Of a stretch of 64,000 bases of DNA, positions 18,401-26,106 are shown in pieces. The notes beneath the pieces were generated by a model. It was not told where the DNA came from and did no database searches. It saw nothing but the letters and a program-made list of their open reading frames with translations. Location: the NCBI GenBank assembly GCA_016213405.1, contig JACRAM010000012.1, forward strand, positions 3,948 through 67,947. Direction: 5' to 3'. A program made the position numbers and the translations under genes. How positions within the stretch are numbered: the first letter of the stretch is position 1; each line of letters starts with the position of its first letter. The DNA comes from Bacteroidota bacterium. GTDB lineage: Bacteria > Bacteroidota > Bacteroidia > Palsa-948.

Positions 18401-18691
18401 ATGGAAAACCAATTAATCGTTACCCTGAAAGTTGATGAACTGAAAGGAATCATCAACGAAAGCGTGTCAAACGCTATCTCAAAAATCCCACACCAACCCA
18501 AAGAAGATGATTCTTTGTTACGAAGAAAAGACGTAGCAAAATTATTTTCTGTTTCGCTTGTAACTATTTCCGCATGGATGAAAAGTGGAAAGTTGCCGTA
18601 TCACCGCATCAATTCCAGAATCTTCTTTAAAAGGAAAGAAGTAATGGAAGCAATGCAATCCACACAAAAATATAAACGCTTACATAAATGA
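18401..18691 (+). CDS. Excisionase-type helix-turn-helix DNA-binding protein
   Basis: 96 aa. LLRRKDVAKLFSVSLVTISAWMKSGKLPYHRINSRIFFKRKEV fits the MerR-like/excisionase HTH_17 pattern. Its stop overlaps the start of the primase gene (ATGA). Confidence 0.75.
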   Translation: MENQLIVTLKVDELKGIINESVSNAISKIPHQPKEDDSLLRRKDVAKLFSVSLVTISAWMKSGKLPYHRINSRIFFKRKEVMEAMQSTQKYKRLHK

Positions 18692-20658
18692 AAAAGCCCC
18701 ATCTCGACAACGGGGCTTCAATCACGGAAAATAATTTTCCTTTGGAAATTCAGCAAGACAAAGGTAAAGATTTCCCGATTAACGCCAAGCCGTTTGTTTC
18801 CATTTATGAAACAGTAACGGATTCGGCCCCGAAACAAATTTCCATTTACGAAGCCCTGAGTAAAGTTTCTTCGGGCGAACTGGAAAAACAAATACTTGCG
18901 ATACGCGAATGTAAAATCAAAGAAGAAAGAGATAAACTGAAACGGAACTTACCTTCTATTACTGTTTCGGGAACTTTCAGCAAGGGACACGCGAAAGAAA
19001 ACATTACAGAGCATAGCGGATTAATTCAAATTGATTTTGATTCGGTAGAAAATCCTGCCAAGACGAAAGAAATTTTTAGGAATGATGTTTTCACATTCGC
19101 AACCTTTATCAGCCCATCGGGAACAGGTGTAAAAGTTATTGTAAAAGTTTCTCCTGAAAAACATTCTGAAAGTTTTTTGTTACTGAAAAAGTTTTATGCA
19201 GAAAAATATGGTCTAAAACTTGACGAAAAATGCAAGGACGTAAGCCGTTTGATGTTTTTAAGCCATGACAAAAATATTTTCGTCAATCCGAACTCTGTTT
19301 TATTCGATTCTGTTAGCCGAGATGTAGAAAAAATTATTTTGCATATAGAAAAAAATAAAATTGATATTAGCCCTGATTATGATAACTGGTTAAAAATTGG
19401 CTTTGCTTTTTCTTCTTACTTTGGAGAAACAGGAAAAAACTTTTTTCACCGCATAAGTAAATTTTATACGAAATACTCTTTTTTAGATTGCGAAAAACAA
19501 TATAATAACTGTTTGCGGGAAGAAAAAACCGCAAAGACGCAAGAAAAACGAGGGGTTTCTATAAAAAGTTTCTTCGCAATAGCAAAAAGTTTCAGTATAA
19601 ACATTTCTTCAGAAACGAAGAAAACAAAACCAGAAGAACCAGAAACAGAAAAGACAGAAGAAACAACAAAAGGAAGAAACGAAACAAAAACTAAAAACGA
19701 AACATCAAAGTTTTTTCTTGTAGAAAAGTTTATCAGTAGTCGTTACGAAATTCGATATAACGAGGTATCAAATGAAGTAGAATGTAAAACGAAAAATGAA
19801 ACAGAGTATAAAGCCCTAAATGAAAATAATCTTTTCAGAGAACTACAATTAAACAATATTTATTTCCCGCAAAACAATTTACTTGCTTTGCTTCGTTCTG
19901 ATTTTGTTTCGTCCTATAATCCAATAAAAAAATATTTTGATGAATTGCCTGAATGGGATAATACTACCGACCACATCAAAAAATTATGCAGTTATATCAC
20001 AGTAAAAGACCAAGAAAGATTCAACAGGCAGTTCAAAAAAATGCTTGTTCGCTGTATTGCTTGCGCCCTGCATGGTATTTTCAATAAACACGCTTTTATC
20101 TTAATTGGCGGGCAGAGTAGCGGAAAAACAACCATTACACGCTGGTTATGTCCGCCAAAATTGAAAAACTACATGGCGGAAAATATTTCTACTGATAAGG
20201 ACAGTTTAATTGCGCTATCAGAAAATTTTTTCATCGTACTGGATGAAATTGCTTCCCTGCATAAGACGGAACAAACCGCGCTGAAAAGTGTTTTCACGAA
20301 AGACAAAATAAAAATCAGGCGACCATTTGACCGAAAACCAACTGTAAGTATACGAAGGGCAAATTTTATCGGTTCAACAAATAAATATGAATTTCTAAAT
20401 GATGAAACTGGCTCTGTGCGCTGGCTTTCTTTCGTGATTGAAAAAATTGATTTTAATTACTCACAGGAAATAAATATTGATTTGGTCTGGGCGCAGGCGT
20501 ACACACTTTTTAAAAGCGGATTCAAATACGAATTAACGCTTGATGAAGTATTTGAAAACGAAAATTCAAACTCCGAACATCAGCAAACTTCAGTCGAAGT
20601 GGATTTGATTCAAAAACATTTTGCACTGCAACAAAAGAGGGCTACGATAAATATTTAA
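18688..20658 (+). CDS. VirE-family primase/helicase-like replication protein (BT4734-like N-domain + P-loop NTPase), frame-broken near the 3' end
   Basis: The N-terminal part SGTFSKGHAKENITEHSGLIQIDFD..FISPSGTGVKVIVKV fits a primase-like N-domain. Walker A is LIGGQSSGKTT and Walker B is FIVLDEIASL. The ORF stops at 20658, but a family-typical tail continues in another frame. Confidence 0.75.
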   Translation: MKKPHLDNGASITENNFPLEIQQDKGKDFPINAKPFVSIYETVTDSAPKQISIYEALSKVSSGELEKQILAIRECKIKEERDKLKRNLPSITVSGTFSKGHAKENITEHSGLIQIDFDSVENPAKTKEIFRNDVFTFATFISPSGTGVKVIVKVSPEKHSESFLLLKKFYAEKYGLKLDEKCKDVSRLMFLSHDKNIFVNPNSVLFDSVSRDVEKIILHIEKNKIDISPDYDNWLKIGFAFSSYFGETGKNFFHRISKFYTKYSFLDCEKQYNNCLREEKTAKTQEKRGVSIKSFFAIAKSFSINISSETKKTKPEEPETEKTEETTKGRNETKTKNETSKFFLVEKFISSRYEIRYNEVSNEVECKTKNETEYKALNENNLFRELQLNNIYFPQNNLLALLRSDFVSSYNPIKKYFDELPEWDNTTDHIKKLCSYITVKDQERFNRQFKKMLVRCIACALHGIFNKHAFILIGGQSSGKTTITRWLCPPKLKNYMAENISTDKDSLIALSENFFIVLDEIASLHKTEQTALKSVFTKDKIKIRRPFDRKPTVSIRRANFIGSTNKYEFLNDETGSVRWLSFVIEKIDFNYSQEINIDLVWAQAYTLFKSGFKYELTLDEVFENENSNSEHQQTSVEVDLIQKHFALQQKRATINI

Positions 20659-20885
20659 CGGCAACCGATATTCTTAGTTGTCTTGCCCAGCAATATCCGC
20701 ATTTATTAAAACAAAGCAATAAAATAGGAATCGGGAAAGCACTTACCTATCTCGGTTTCAAAAAAATTTCTTTTCGGGAAGCGAACAGGCAACCGAAGTA
20801 CGTTTATTATATAAAAATTGTAGAAGCACTACCTACACTTACTACAATAACGCAACACATTCAAACTGATAATTTAGAGATGTAG
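20640..20885 (+). other. Out-of-frame C-terminal continuation of the primase/helicase gene
   Basis: Frame 3 is open from 20556 to the TAG at 20883-20885. It reads ..KEGYDKYLTATDILSCLAQQYPHLLKQSNKIGIGKALTYLGFKKISFREANRQPKYVYYIK.., which looks like a genuine protein tail rather than noise. Confidence 0.5.
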
Positions 20886-20969
20886 TAAGATATATTTATT
20901 TTATCTTACTACATCTAACTACTTACTACTATATGACATTTTTTGTAGTCAGTAGTAAGAGTAGTAAGA
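20838..20969. repeat. Six copies of the 8-mer GTAGTAAG in both orientations, including an 11-bp perfect inverted repeat
   Basis: Forward copies are at 20882, 20952 and 20961. Reverse copies (cttactac) are at 20838, 20905 and 20922. The inverted repeat gtagtaagata-N9-tatcttactac spans 20882-20912. Confidence 0.8.
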
Positions 20970-20980
20970 GGTTTCCGCAT

Positions 20981-21043
20981 CGTTACAACAACGCTACAAC
21001 ACCGTTACAACATGGCTACAACATGGCTACAACATGGCTGCGG
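20981..21043 (+). repeat. Iteron array: 5.5 x 11-bp units (cgttacaacaa cgctacaacac cgttacaacat ggctacaacat ggctacaacat ggctgcgg)
   Basis: Read directly. The period is exactly 11 bp. Confidence 0.85.
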
Positions 21044-21120
21044 ACTGGTTAAATAACGTAAAATAACAGTTGCAACACAGTTAATAATGTCTGTAAATCT
21101 TTAACTGCTCCTTATCCTTA

Positions 21121-21162
21121 TCAAATCAAATCTTCAAAAATTCAAATCTTCTTCAAATCATT
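21121..21162 (+). repeat. TCAAATC(T/A)T repeats, the last two as an 11-bp tandem (ttcaaatcttc ttcaaatcatt)
   Basis: Read directly. Copies start at 21121, 21126, 21142 and 21153. Confidence 0.7.
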
Positions 21163-21206
21163 CCCATATCTTTTCCTTGACTTTATCATGTCGGTTGTAG
21201 AAACGC

Positions 21207-21239
21207 CTTGATACTTCTTTGATACTTCCTTGATAATGC
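21207..21239 (+). repeat. Iteron array: 3 x 11-bp units (cttgatacttc tttgatacttc cttgataatgc)
   Basis: Read directly. The period is 11 bp. Confidence 0.8.
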
Positions 21240-21299
21240 TTTAATAATCCTGAAAGCACACGCCTTACTTTACTTTACAAAACTTATCCGTGAAAAGAA

Positions 21300-21307
21300 T
21301 ATATTTG
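21300..21307 (+). promoter_or_regulatory. Candidate -7 box (TATATTTG) that would give a ~235-nt leader for mod
   Basis: Matches TAnnTTTG. Only TTTA, not TTTG, lies ~24 bp upstream. Confidence 0.3.
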
Positions 21308-21383
21308 CTCTCAACAAAAATAAAAACCATTAAAGTATAGAAACATAATACAGTTCAAATAAAGAATTTGCGTTAAGCCAATT

Positions 21384-21548
21384 TTCGTATCAGGAAACTG
21401 CTAATTTTCAAAGTACACGAAAGAAAGGTGAAACGCTCACGCAATGCGTGGGCTTTTGCTTTTTTCGTGTACTGGGATAGCAGTCCCTCTGATACGGATT
21501 AGTAGAATGTCCCACGCAGGTTTTTTTGTGGCTGCTAACACAAAAAAA
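21384..21548 (+). promoter_or_regulatory. Candidate structured RNA leader / regulatory element upstream of the Type III mod gene
   Basis: Nested complementary pairs: 21386-21393/21489-21496 (8 bp, extendable), 21397-21403/21478-21484 (7 bp) and 21413-21422/21463-21472 (10 bp, extendable). An apical palindrome cacgca-a-tgcgtg lies at 21438-21450. The apical tgcgtggg (21445-21452) is also complementary to the downstream cccacgca (21511-21518), which is followed by T7. A 10-bp hairpin tttttttgtg/cacaaaaaaa (21521-21530/21539-21548) ends 1 nt before the ATG. Confidence 0.4.
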
Positions 21549-21549
21549 T

Positions 21550-23451
21550 ATGACTGAACTTATTTGGGAAGGAAAGTACAAGGACAATAAAAAAGTTGCG
21601 CCTGTACGGATTGCCCTTCCATTTCAAACGATTGAAACAGTAAACGAGAGCGCACAGCAACGGCAAAAGACACTTGATTTTTTCGCAAGCGGAAAAACTA
21701 CCGAGTGGCGCAACCGACTTATTTGGGGCGACAAAAAATATGTTCTCCCTTCTTTGTTGCCAGAGTTTGCAGGAAAAGTAAACCTCATTTACATTGACCC
21801 TCCGTTTAATGTTGGTTCTGATTTTTCTTTTACCGCTACAATTCCCGATAATCCTGAAACAGAACAAGACGAAACAATTTCGTTTACAAAAGAGCCAAAC
21901 GTTATAGAACAAAAAGCATACAGAGATACTTGGGGTAGAGGTCTTGACAGTTACTTGCAATGGTTTTACGAAACAATATTATTGTTGAGGGAATTACTTT
22001 CTGAAAACGGAAGTATTTATGTTCATCTTGATTGGCGTTTGGCTCATTATGCTAAAACGGTTTTAGATGAAGTCTTTGGCTACGAAAATTTCAGAAATGA
22101 TTTACGATGGAAAAGGCAACCAGTAAGAGGTGCAAAAGCAACAGGTAATCAATATGCAAGAAATTCTGATATTATTCTTTTCTATTCTAAATCTGAAAAA
22201 TATATTTGGAATAACGCATACAAACCTTATGACCCTAATTTTATTAAGGAAAAATTTAGACCTGATAAAAAAGGTCGTTTATATCGTGATTCAGATTTAG
22301 GAGATTATTCGGAAGAATCCATTGCTGAATTTGAAAAGCAAGGGAAAATATATCTCACAAAAAATGGCAATAAAAGATTGATTCGCTTTCTTGATGAAGA
22401 AAAAGGTGAAGCACTTGGTGATATGTGGGTTGATATTCCAGAAGTAAATTCACAGGCAAAAGAAAGAGTAAATTATCCTACACAAAAACCCGAAGAACTA
22501 TTAGAAAGAGCGATTAATGCAAGTAGTAATCAAAATGATTTAGTCTTAGATTGCTTTTGTGGAAGTGGAACTACTGCAACTGTTTCTGAAAAATTAAATC
22601 GCAGATGGATTACTTGCGACTTAGGTAGATTTGCGATTCACACAGCAAGAAAAAGATTTTTAGAAATAAAAGATGTAAAACCTTTTGTAGTACAGAATCT
22701 CGGCAAGTATGAAAGGCAACAATGGGTGCAGGCAGAGTTTGAAAATACAGAGAACCGCACCGCACAGGAAAAAGCATATCGCAATTTTATTCTCGACCTC
22801 TATCACGCAAAATCCATTACTGGCTATGTATGGTTGCACGGCTCAAAGGCAGGTAGAATGGTTCACATTGGCAATGTGGACTCCCCTGTTTCAAATGGAG
22901 ATGTAAAAGCAATCGTTCAGGAACTTTGGAAATCAGTTGGCAAAAAATCAGATATTAAAAATAACGGAATAGATATTCTCGGATGGGATTTCGCATTTGA
23001 ACTGAATGAAACCGCAAAAGAATTTGCTTCAAAAAATAAAGTTGATTTGAAATTCAAAAAAATTCCTAACGAAGCGTTGGAAAAGAAAGCAGTTGAACAG
23101 GGAGATGTAAAATTTTATGAGTTGGCATATCTTGATGTGAAGGTGAAAAAAGAAAAGAAAAAAATTTCCCTCACGCTGAATAATTTTGTTGTCCCGCCTG
23201 ACGATATACCAGAAGAGGTCTTGAAAAACATAACTCATTGGAGTCAATGGATTGACTATTGGGCTGTGGATTGGAATTACGGCAATGATACATTTCATAA
23301 TGAATGGCAGAGTTACCGCACAAAACAAAATTCAAAAATTGAATTGAGCGCAACAAATACCTACGAGAAAACAGGAAAATATACTGTGATTGTAAAAGTG
23401 ATTGATATACTCGGAAATGATACAACAAAGGCAGTAGAAATAGAAGTATAA
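21550..23451 (+). CDS. mod: Type III restriction-modification system DNA methyltransferase (Mod; N6/N4 beta-class)
   Basis: Motif IV IYIDPPFNVGSDF precedes motif I VLDCFCGSGTTATV, the order seen in beta-class/Type III Mod. The gene lies directly upstream of a Res helicase-nuclease. The ATG at 21550 (MTELIWEGKYKD) is preferred over the TTG at 21526 from the ORF track. Confidence 0.85.
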   Translation: MTELIWEGKYKDNKKVAPVRIALPFQTIETVNESAQQRQKTLDFFASGKTTEWRNRLIWGDKKYVLPSLLPEFAGKVNLIYIDPPFNVGSDFSFTATIPDNPETEQDETISFTKEPNVIEQKAYRDTWGRGLDSYLQWFYETILLLRELLSENGSIYVHLDWRLAHYAKTVLDEVFGYENFRNDLRWKRQPVRGAKATGNQYARNSDIILFYSKSEKYIWNNAYKPYDPNFIKEKFRPDKKGRLYRDSDLGDYSEESIAEFEKQGKIYLTKNGNKRLIRFLDEEKGEALGDMWVDIPEVNSQAKERVNYPTQKPEELLERAINASSNQNDLVLDCFCGSGTTATVSEKLNRRWITCDLGRFAIHTARKRFLEIKDVKPFVVQNLGKYERQQWVQAEFENTENRTAQEKAYRNFILDLYHAKSITGYVWLHGSKAGRMVHIGNVDSPVSNGDVKAIVQELWKSVGKKSDIKNNGIDILGWDFAFELNETAKEFASKNKVDLKFKKIPNEALEKKAVEQGDVKFYELAYLDVKVKKEKKKISLTLNNFVVPPDDIPEEVLKNITHWSQWIDYWAVDWNYGNDTFHNEWQSYRTKQNSKIELSATNTYEKTGKYTVIVKVIDILGNDTTKAVEIEV

Positions 23452-23453
23452 AA

Positions 23454-26012
23454 ATGGGAAGAAAGAAAAAACAAATAGCAAACGCTCCTGAACTATTTAA
23501 TATTCAGGAACGGCTTTCAACTGCGCCCTGTGTTCCTGCAATCCGCAGTGAAATAAAAAAATGGAGAGATAACGGCTACAAAGGGATTACAGATACTACC
23601 AGAGAACTATTGAATTACTGGTTTTATACTGACCACCCGAACCGTTTTAAATATCACCTTGCCCAACAAGAAGCGATTGAAACGCTGATTTACATTTACG
23701 AAGTAAAAAAGATTCGCACACGAAAAGAGTTGCTTGAAAAATATGCTATCAATCAAAAGGACTTGCGTTTGCCTCCTTATGACAATTTTGCTCGGTACTG
23801 TATTAAAATGGCAACTGGCAGCGGAAAAACAAAAGTGATGTCATTAGCAATCGCTTGGCAGTATTTTAATGCAGTAAGAGAAGATGAAAAAGAATACGCA
23901 AAGAATTTTTTGATTATTGCCCCGAATATAATTGTGTTTGACCGATTGAAAACTGATTTTGAAAGTGGACGTATTTTTAAAACCGACCCTCTTTATCCCC
24001 GACACTTTGAACTATTTTGGAATTTTGATTTTTATATGCGTGGAGATGGAGAGCGTACTAATAGTGATGGCGGATTATACCTTACAAACATTCAGCAATT
24101 TTATGAAAGAGATAACGGAAAATCGGATGAGCCAGATGTTATGACACAAATGCTCGGCAGTAAACCACCCGCAAGCAAATCTGAAATATCCGATTTCGCA
24201 AGCAGAATAGTTAAGCGCGATGGATTAGTAATGCTATTGAACGATGAAGCGCACCACACACACGAAGAAGATAACGAATGGAATAATTTTATCCGCACAC
24301 TTAACGAGAAGAAAACACTTTCAGCGCAAGTAGATTTTTCCGCTACTCCACGATATTCTAAAGGTTCTCTTTTCGCTTGGACAATTTTTGATTACCCCCT
24401 TAAACAAGCAATAGTGGACAGAATAGTTAAACGTCCGATAAAAGGAATTTCAAAAATTGATGAAGCAAAATCTACTACTGCAAGTATCAGATACAAAGGA
24501 TTCTTAACCGCAGGGGTTGAGCGATGGAAAGAATACACAGAGCAACTTTCTCCCCTAAAGAAAAAACCGATTCTGTTTGTAATGATGAACAATACGGATG
24601 AAGCGGATGAGGTTGGCGACTGGTTAAAGACGAAATATCCTTCGCATTTTGGAGGAGATAAAACACTTATCATTCATACTGATAAATCAGGGGATGTATC
24701 AAAAAAGGATTTGGAAGAAGCGAGAAAACTTGCTCGTGAAGTAGATGATGAAAAATCACCTGTGAACACAATTATTTCCGTGCTAATGCTTCGTGAAGGT
24801 TGGGACGTGCAGAATGTAACAGTAGTAGTAGGATTGCGCCCTTATTCAGCAAAAGCAAACATACTTCCAGAGCAAACCATCGGCAGAGGACTTCGCCTTA
24901 TGTTCAGGGGATTAGTAGATGATTACCAAGAGCGTGTAGATATTATCGGCAATAAGGCATTTATGGATTTTGTTTCCGAACTTGAAAGATTAGAGAATAT
25001 AAAATTTGAAACCTATGACATCGGAAAAGACAAATTAAAGATTATCACCATTGAGGCAGACGAAAAAAAAATAAAAATGGATATTGGTATTCCCGATATT
25101 TCGCCTTTGCTTGAAAGAAAAAAATCTTTAGCGGATGAAATAGGAAAACTTGACGTAACAAAATTCAATATTCCAAAACTTCCTTTGCGCGGAAAAGATA
25201 TTGAGGACTTAAAAACTTTTATTTATGAAGGGAAAGACATTTTAACCGATGAAAAATTATTTGAACGTACATACACCATTCCACCTGTACAAACTCCAGA
25301 GGAAGTAATAGGATATTATGCCCGCAGGATTGCTAAGGATATTAAATTGCCTTCGCAGTTTGCCTCACTTGTACCGAAGATTAGAGATTTTTTTGAAGTG
25401 AAAGCATTTGGAAAAAAAGTTGATTTGAATGATGAAAATGTAATAAAGGCAATGAGTAGCAACGTAGCAAGTTTTGTAGTCATAAAAGAATTTGAAAAAG
25501 CATTACGAGATATTGTTGTAGAAGTAAGAACACCCGAACTCATAACAGAGAAACGGCAACTATCTTCAACCGCACCTTTTCCGTTCTCTCGTTTGGCGTA
25601 TGAATCAAAGAAAACAGTATTTAATTACGTTGCTTGCAGTAATGAATACGAAAGAGACTTTGCAAAATTTCTTCATGGCGCAGGTGATGTAAAAGCATTT
25701 GCAAAACTCCCAGAGCAATTCGGATTTTGTATTCAGTACACCGATAAGTTGGCAAACATCAGAAATTACTATCCTGATTTTATTGTTGTCTTAAAAGACG
25801 GCTCACATTGGATTGCAGAAACGAAAGGCAGGGAAGACGTAGAAGTTGCGTTAAAAGATAACTCTGCGCTTCTCTGGTGCAAGAACGCAACGGAACTCAC
25901 AGGAACAAATTGGAATTACATTAAAGTTCTGCAAAAAGAGTTTGAATCACTCAACCCAAGTGAGTTTGAAGATTTGAATGTGCTTTCTGCACAGACGGAA
26001 ATAGAGTATTAA
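23454..26012 (+). CDS. res: Type III restriction enzyme Res subunit (SF2 helicase + PD-(D/E)xK nuclease)
   Basis: Helicase motifs are present: motif I MATGSGKT, motif II LNDEAHH, motif VI QTIGRGLR. The C-terminal YYPDFIVVLKDGSHWIAETKG fits a PD..(D/E)xK nuclease core. The start is 2 bp after the mod stop. Confidence 0.9.
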   Translation: MGRKKKQIANAPELFNIQERLSTAPCVPAIRSEIKKWRDNGYKGITDTTRELLNYWFYTDHPNRFKYHLAQQEAIETLIYIYEVKKIRTRKELLEKYAINQKDLRLPPYDNFARYCIKMATGSGKTKVMSLAIAWQYFNAVREDEKEYAKNFLIIAPNIIVFDRLKTDFESGRIFKTDPLYPRHFELFWNFDFYMRGDGERTNSDGGLYLTNIQQFYERDNGKSDEPDVMTQMLGSKPPASKSEISDFASRIVKRDGLVMLLNDEAHHTHEEDNEWNNFIRTLNEKKTLSAQVDFSATPRYSKGSLFAWTIFDYPLKQAIVDRIVKRPIKGISKIDEAKSTTASIRYKGFLTAGVERWKEYTEQLSPLKKKPILFVMMNNTDEADEVGDWLKTKYPSHFGGDKTLIIHTDKSGDVSKKDLEEARKLAREVDDEKSPVNTIISVLMLREGWDVQNVTVVVGLRPYSAKANILPEQTIGRGLRLMFRGLVDDYQERVDIIGNKAFMDFVSELERLENIKFETYDIGKDKLKIITIEADEKKIKMDIGIPDISPLLERKKSLADEIGKLDVTKFNIPKLPLRGKDIEDLKTFIYEGKDILTDEKLFERTYTIPPVQTPEEVIGYYARRIAKDIKLPSQFASLVPKIRDFFEVKAFGKKVDLNDENVIKAMSSNVASFVVIKEFEKALRDIVVEVRTPELITEKRQLSSTAPFPFSRLAYESKKTVFNYVACSNEYERDFAKFLHGAGDVKAFAKLPEQFGFCIQYTDKLANIRNYYPDFIVVLKDGSHWIAETKGREDVEVALKDNSALLWCKNATELTGTNWNYIKVLQKEFESLNPSEFEDLNVLSAQTEIEY

Positions 26013-26021
26013 AGTCATTAA

Positions 26022-26045
26022 AAGTGTCCCCCATAGTGTCCCCTA
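26022..26045 (+). promoter_or_regulatory. Tandem 12-bp motif aagtgtccccca tagtgtccccta (candidate recombinase arm site, right end)
   Basis: Same orientation and near-identical to 14361-14384. Confidence 0.5.
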
Positions 26046-26079
26046 TAAAACAAAAAACTCCCAACTTCGATATGAAGTT
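26046..26079 (-). terminator. Hairpin (aacttc-N5-gaagtt) followed on the minus strand by gggagttttttgtttt; island-borne terminator for tRNA-Glu
   Basis: The 6-bp stem lies at 26063-26068/26074-26079. The minus-strand T-run corresponds to 26046-26057. The element lies 14 nt past the tRNA 3' end. Confidence 0.45.
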
Positions 26080-26091
26080 AAGAGTTTATCA

Positions 26092-26106
26092 GTAGCCCGT
26101 AGGGGA
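26092..26106. repeat. attR-type core (gtagcccgtagggga) within the tRNA-Glu 3' end
   Basis: Exact 15/15 match to 14229-14243. Confidence 0.8.

Larger units (their letters stand above)
14229..26106. mobile_element. ~11.9 kb integrative island inserted at the 3' end of tRNA-Glu(UUC)
   Basis: Exact 15-bp direct repeats bound the region, one of them being the tRNA 3' end. It holds a tyrosine integrase, excisionase-like HTH, primase/helicase, toxin-antitoxin pair and R-M cargo. An arm-type motif is duplicated near both ends. Confidence 0.8.

Noticed and set aside
20981-21239. Possible CRISPR array suggested by regularly spaced direct repeats
   Set aside because: The units are only 11 bp and directly abut one another with no spacers. 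No cas genes are present. The arrangement fits iterons or operator arrays instead.
21526-21549. TTG start for mod proposed by the ORF track (MWLLTQKN...)
   Set aside because: These 8 codons lie inside the 10-bp hairpin tttttttgtg/cacaaaaaaa. The ATG at 21550 gives the family-typical N-terminus MTELIWEGKY. The start was moved to 21550.
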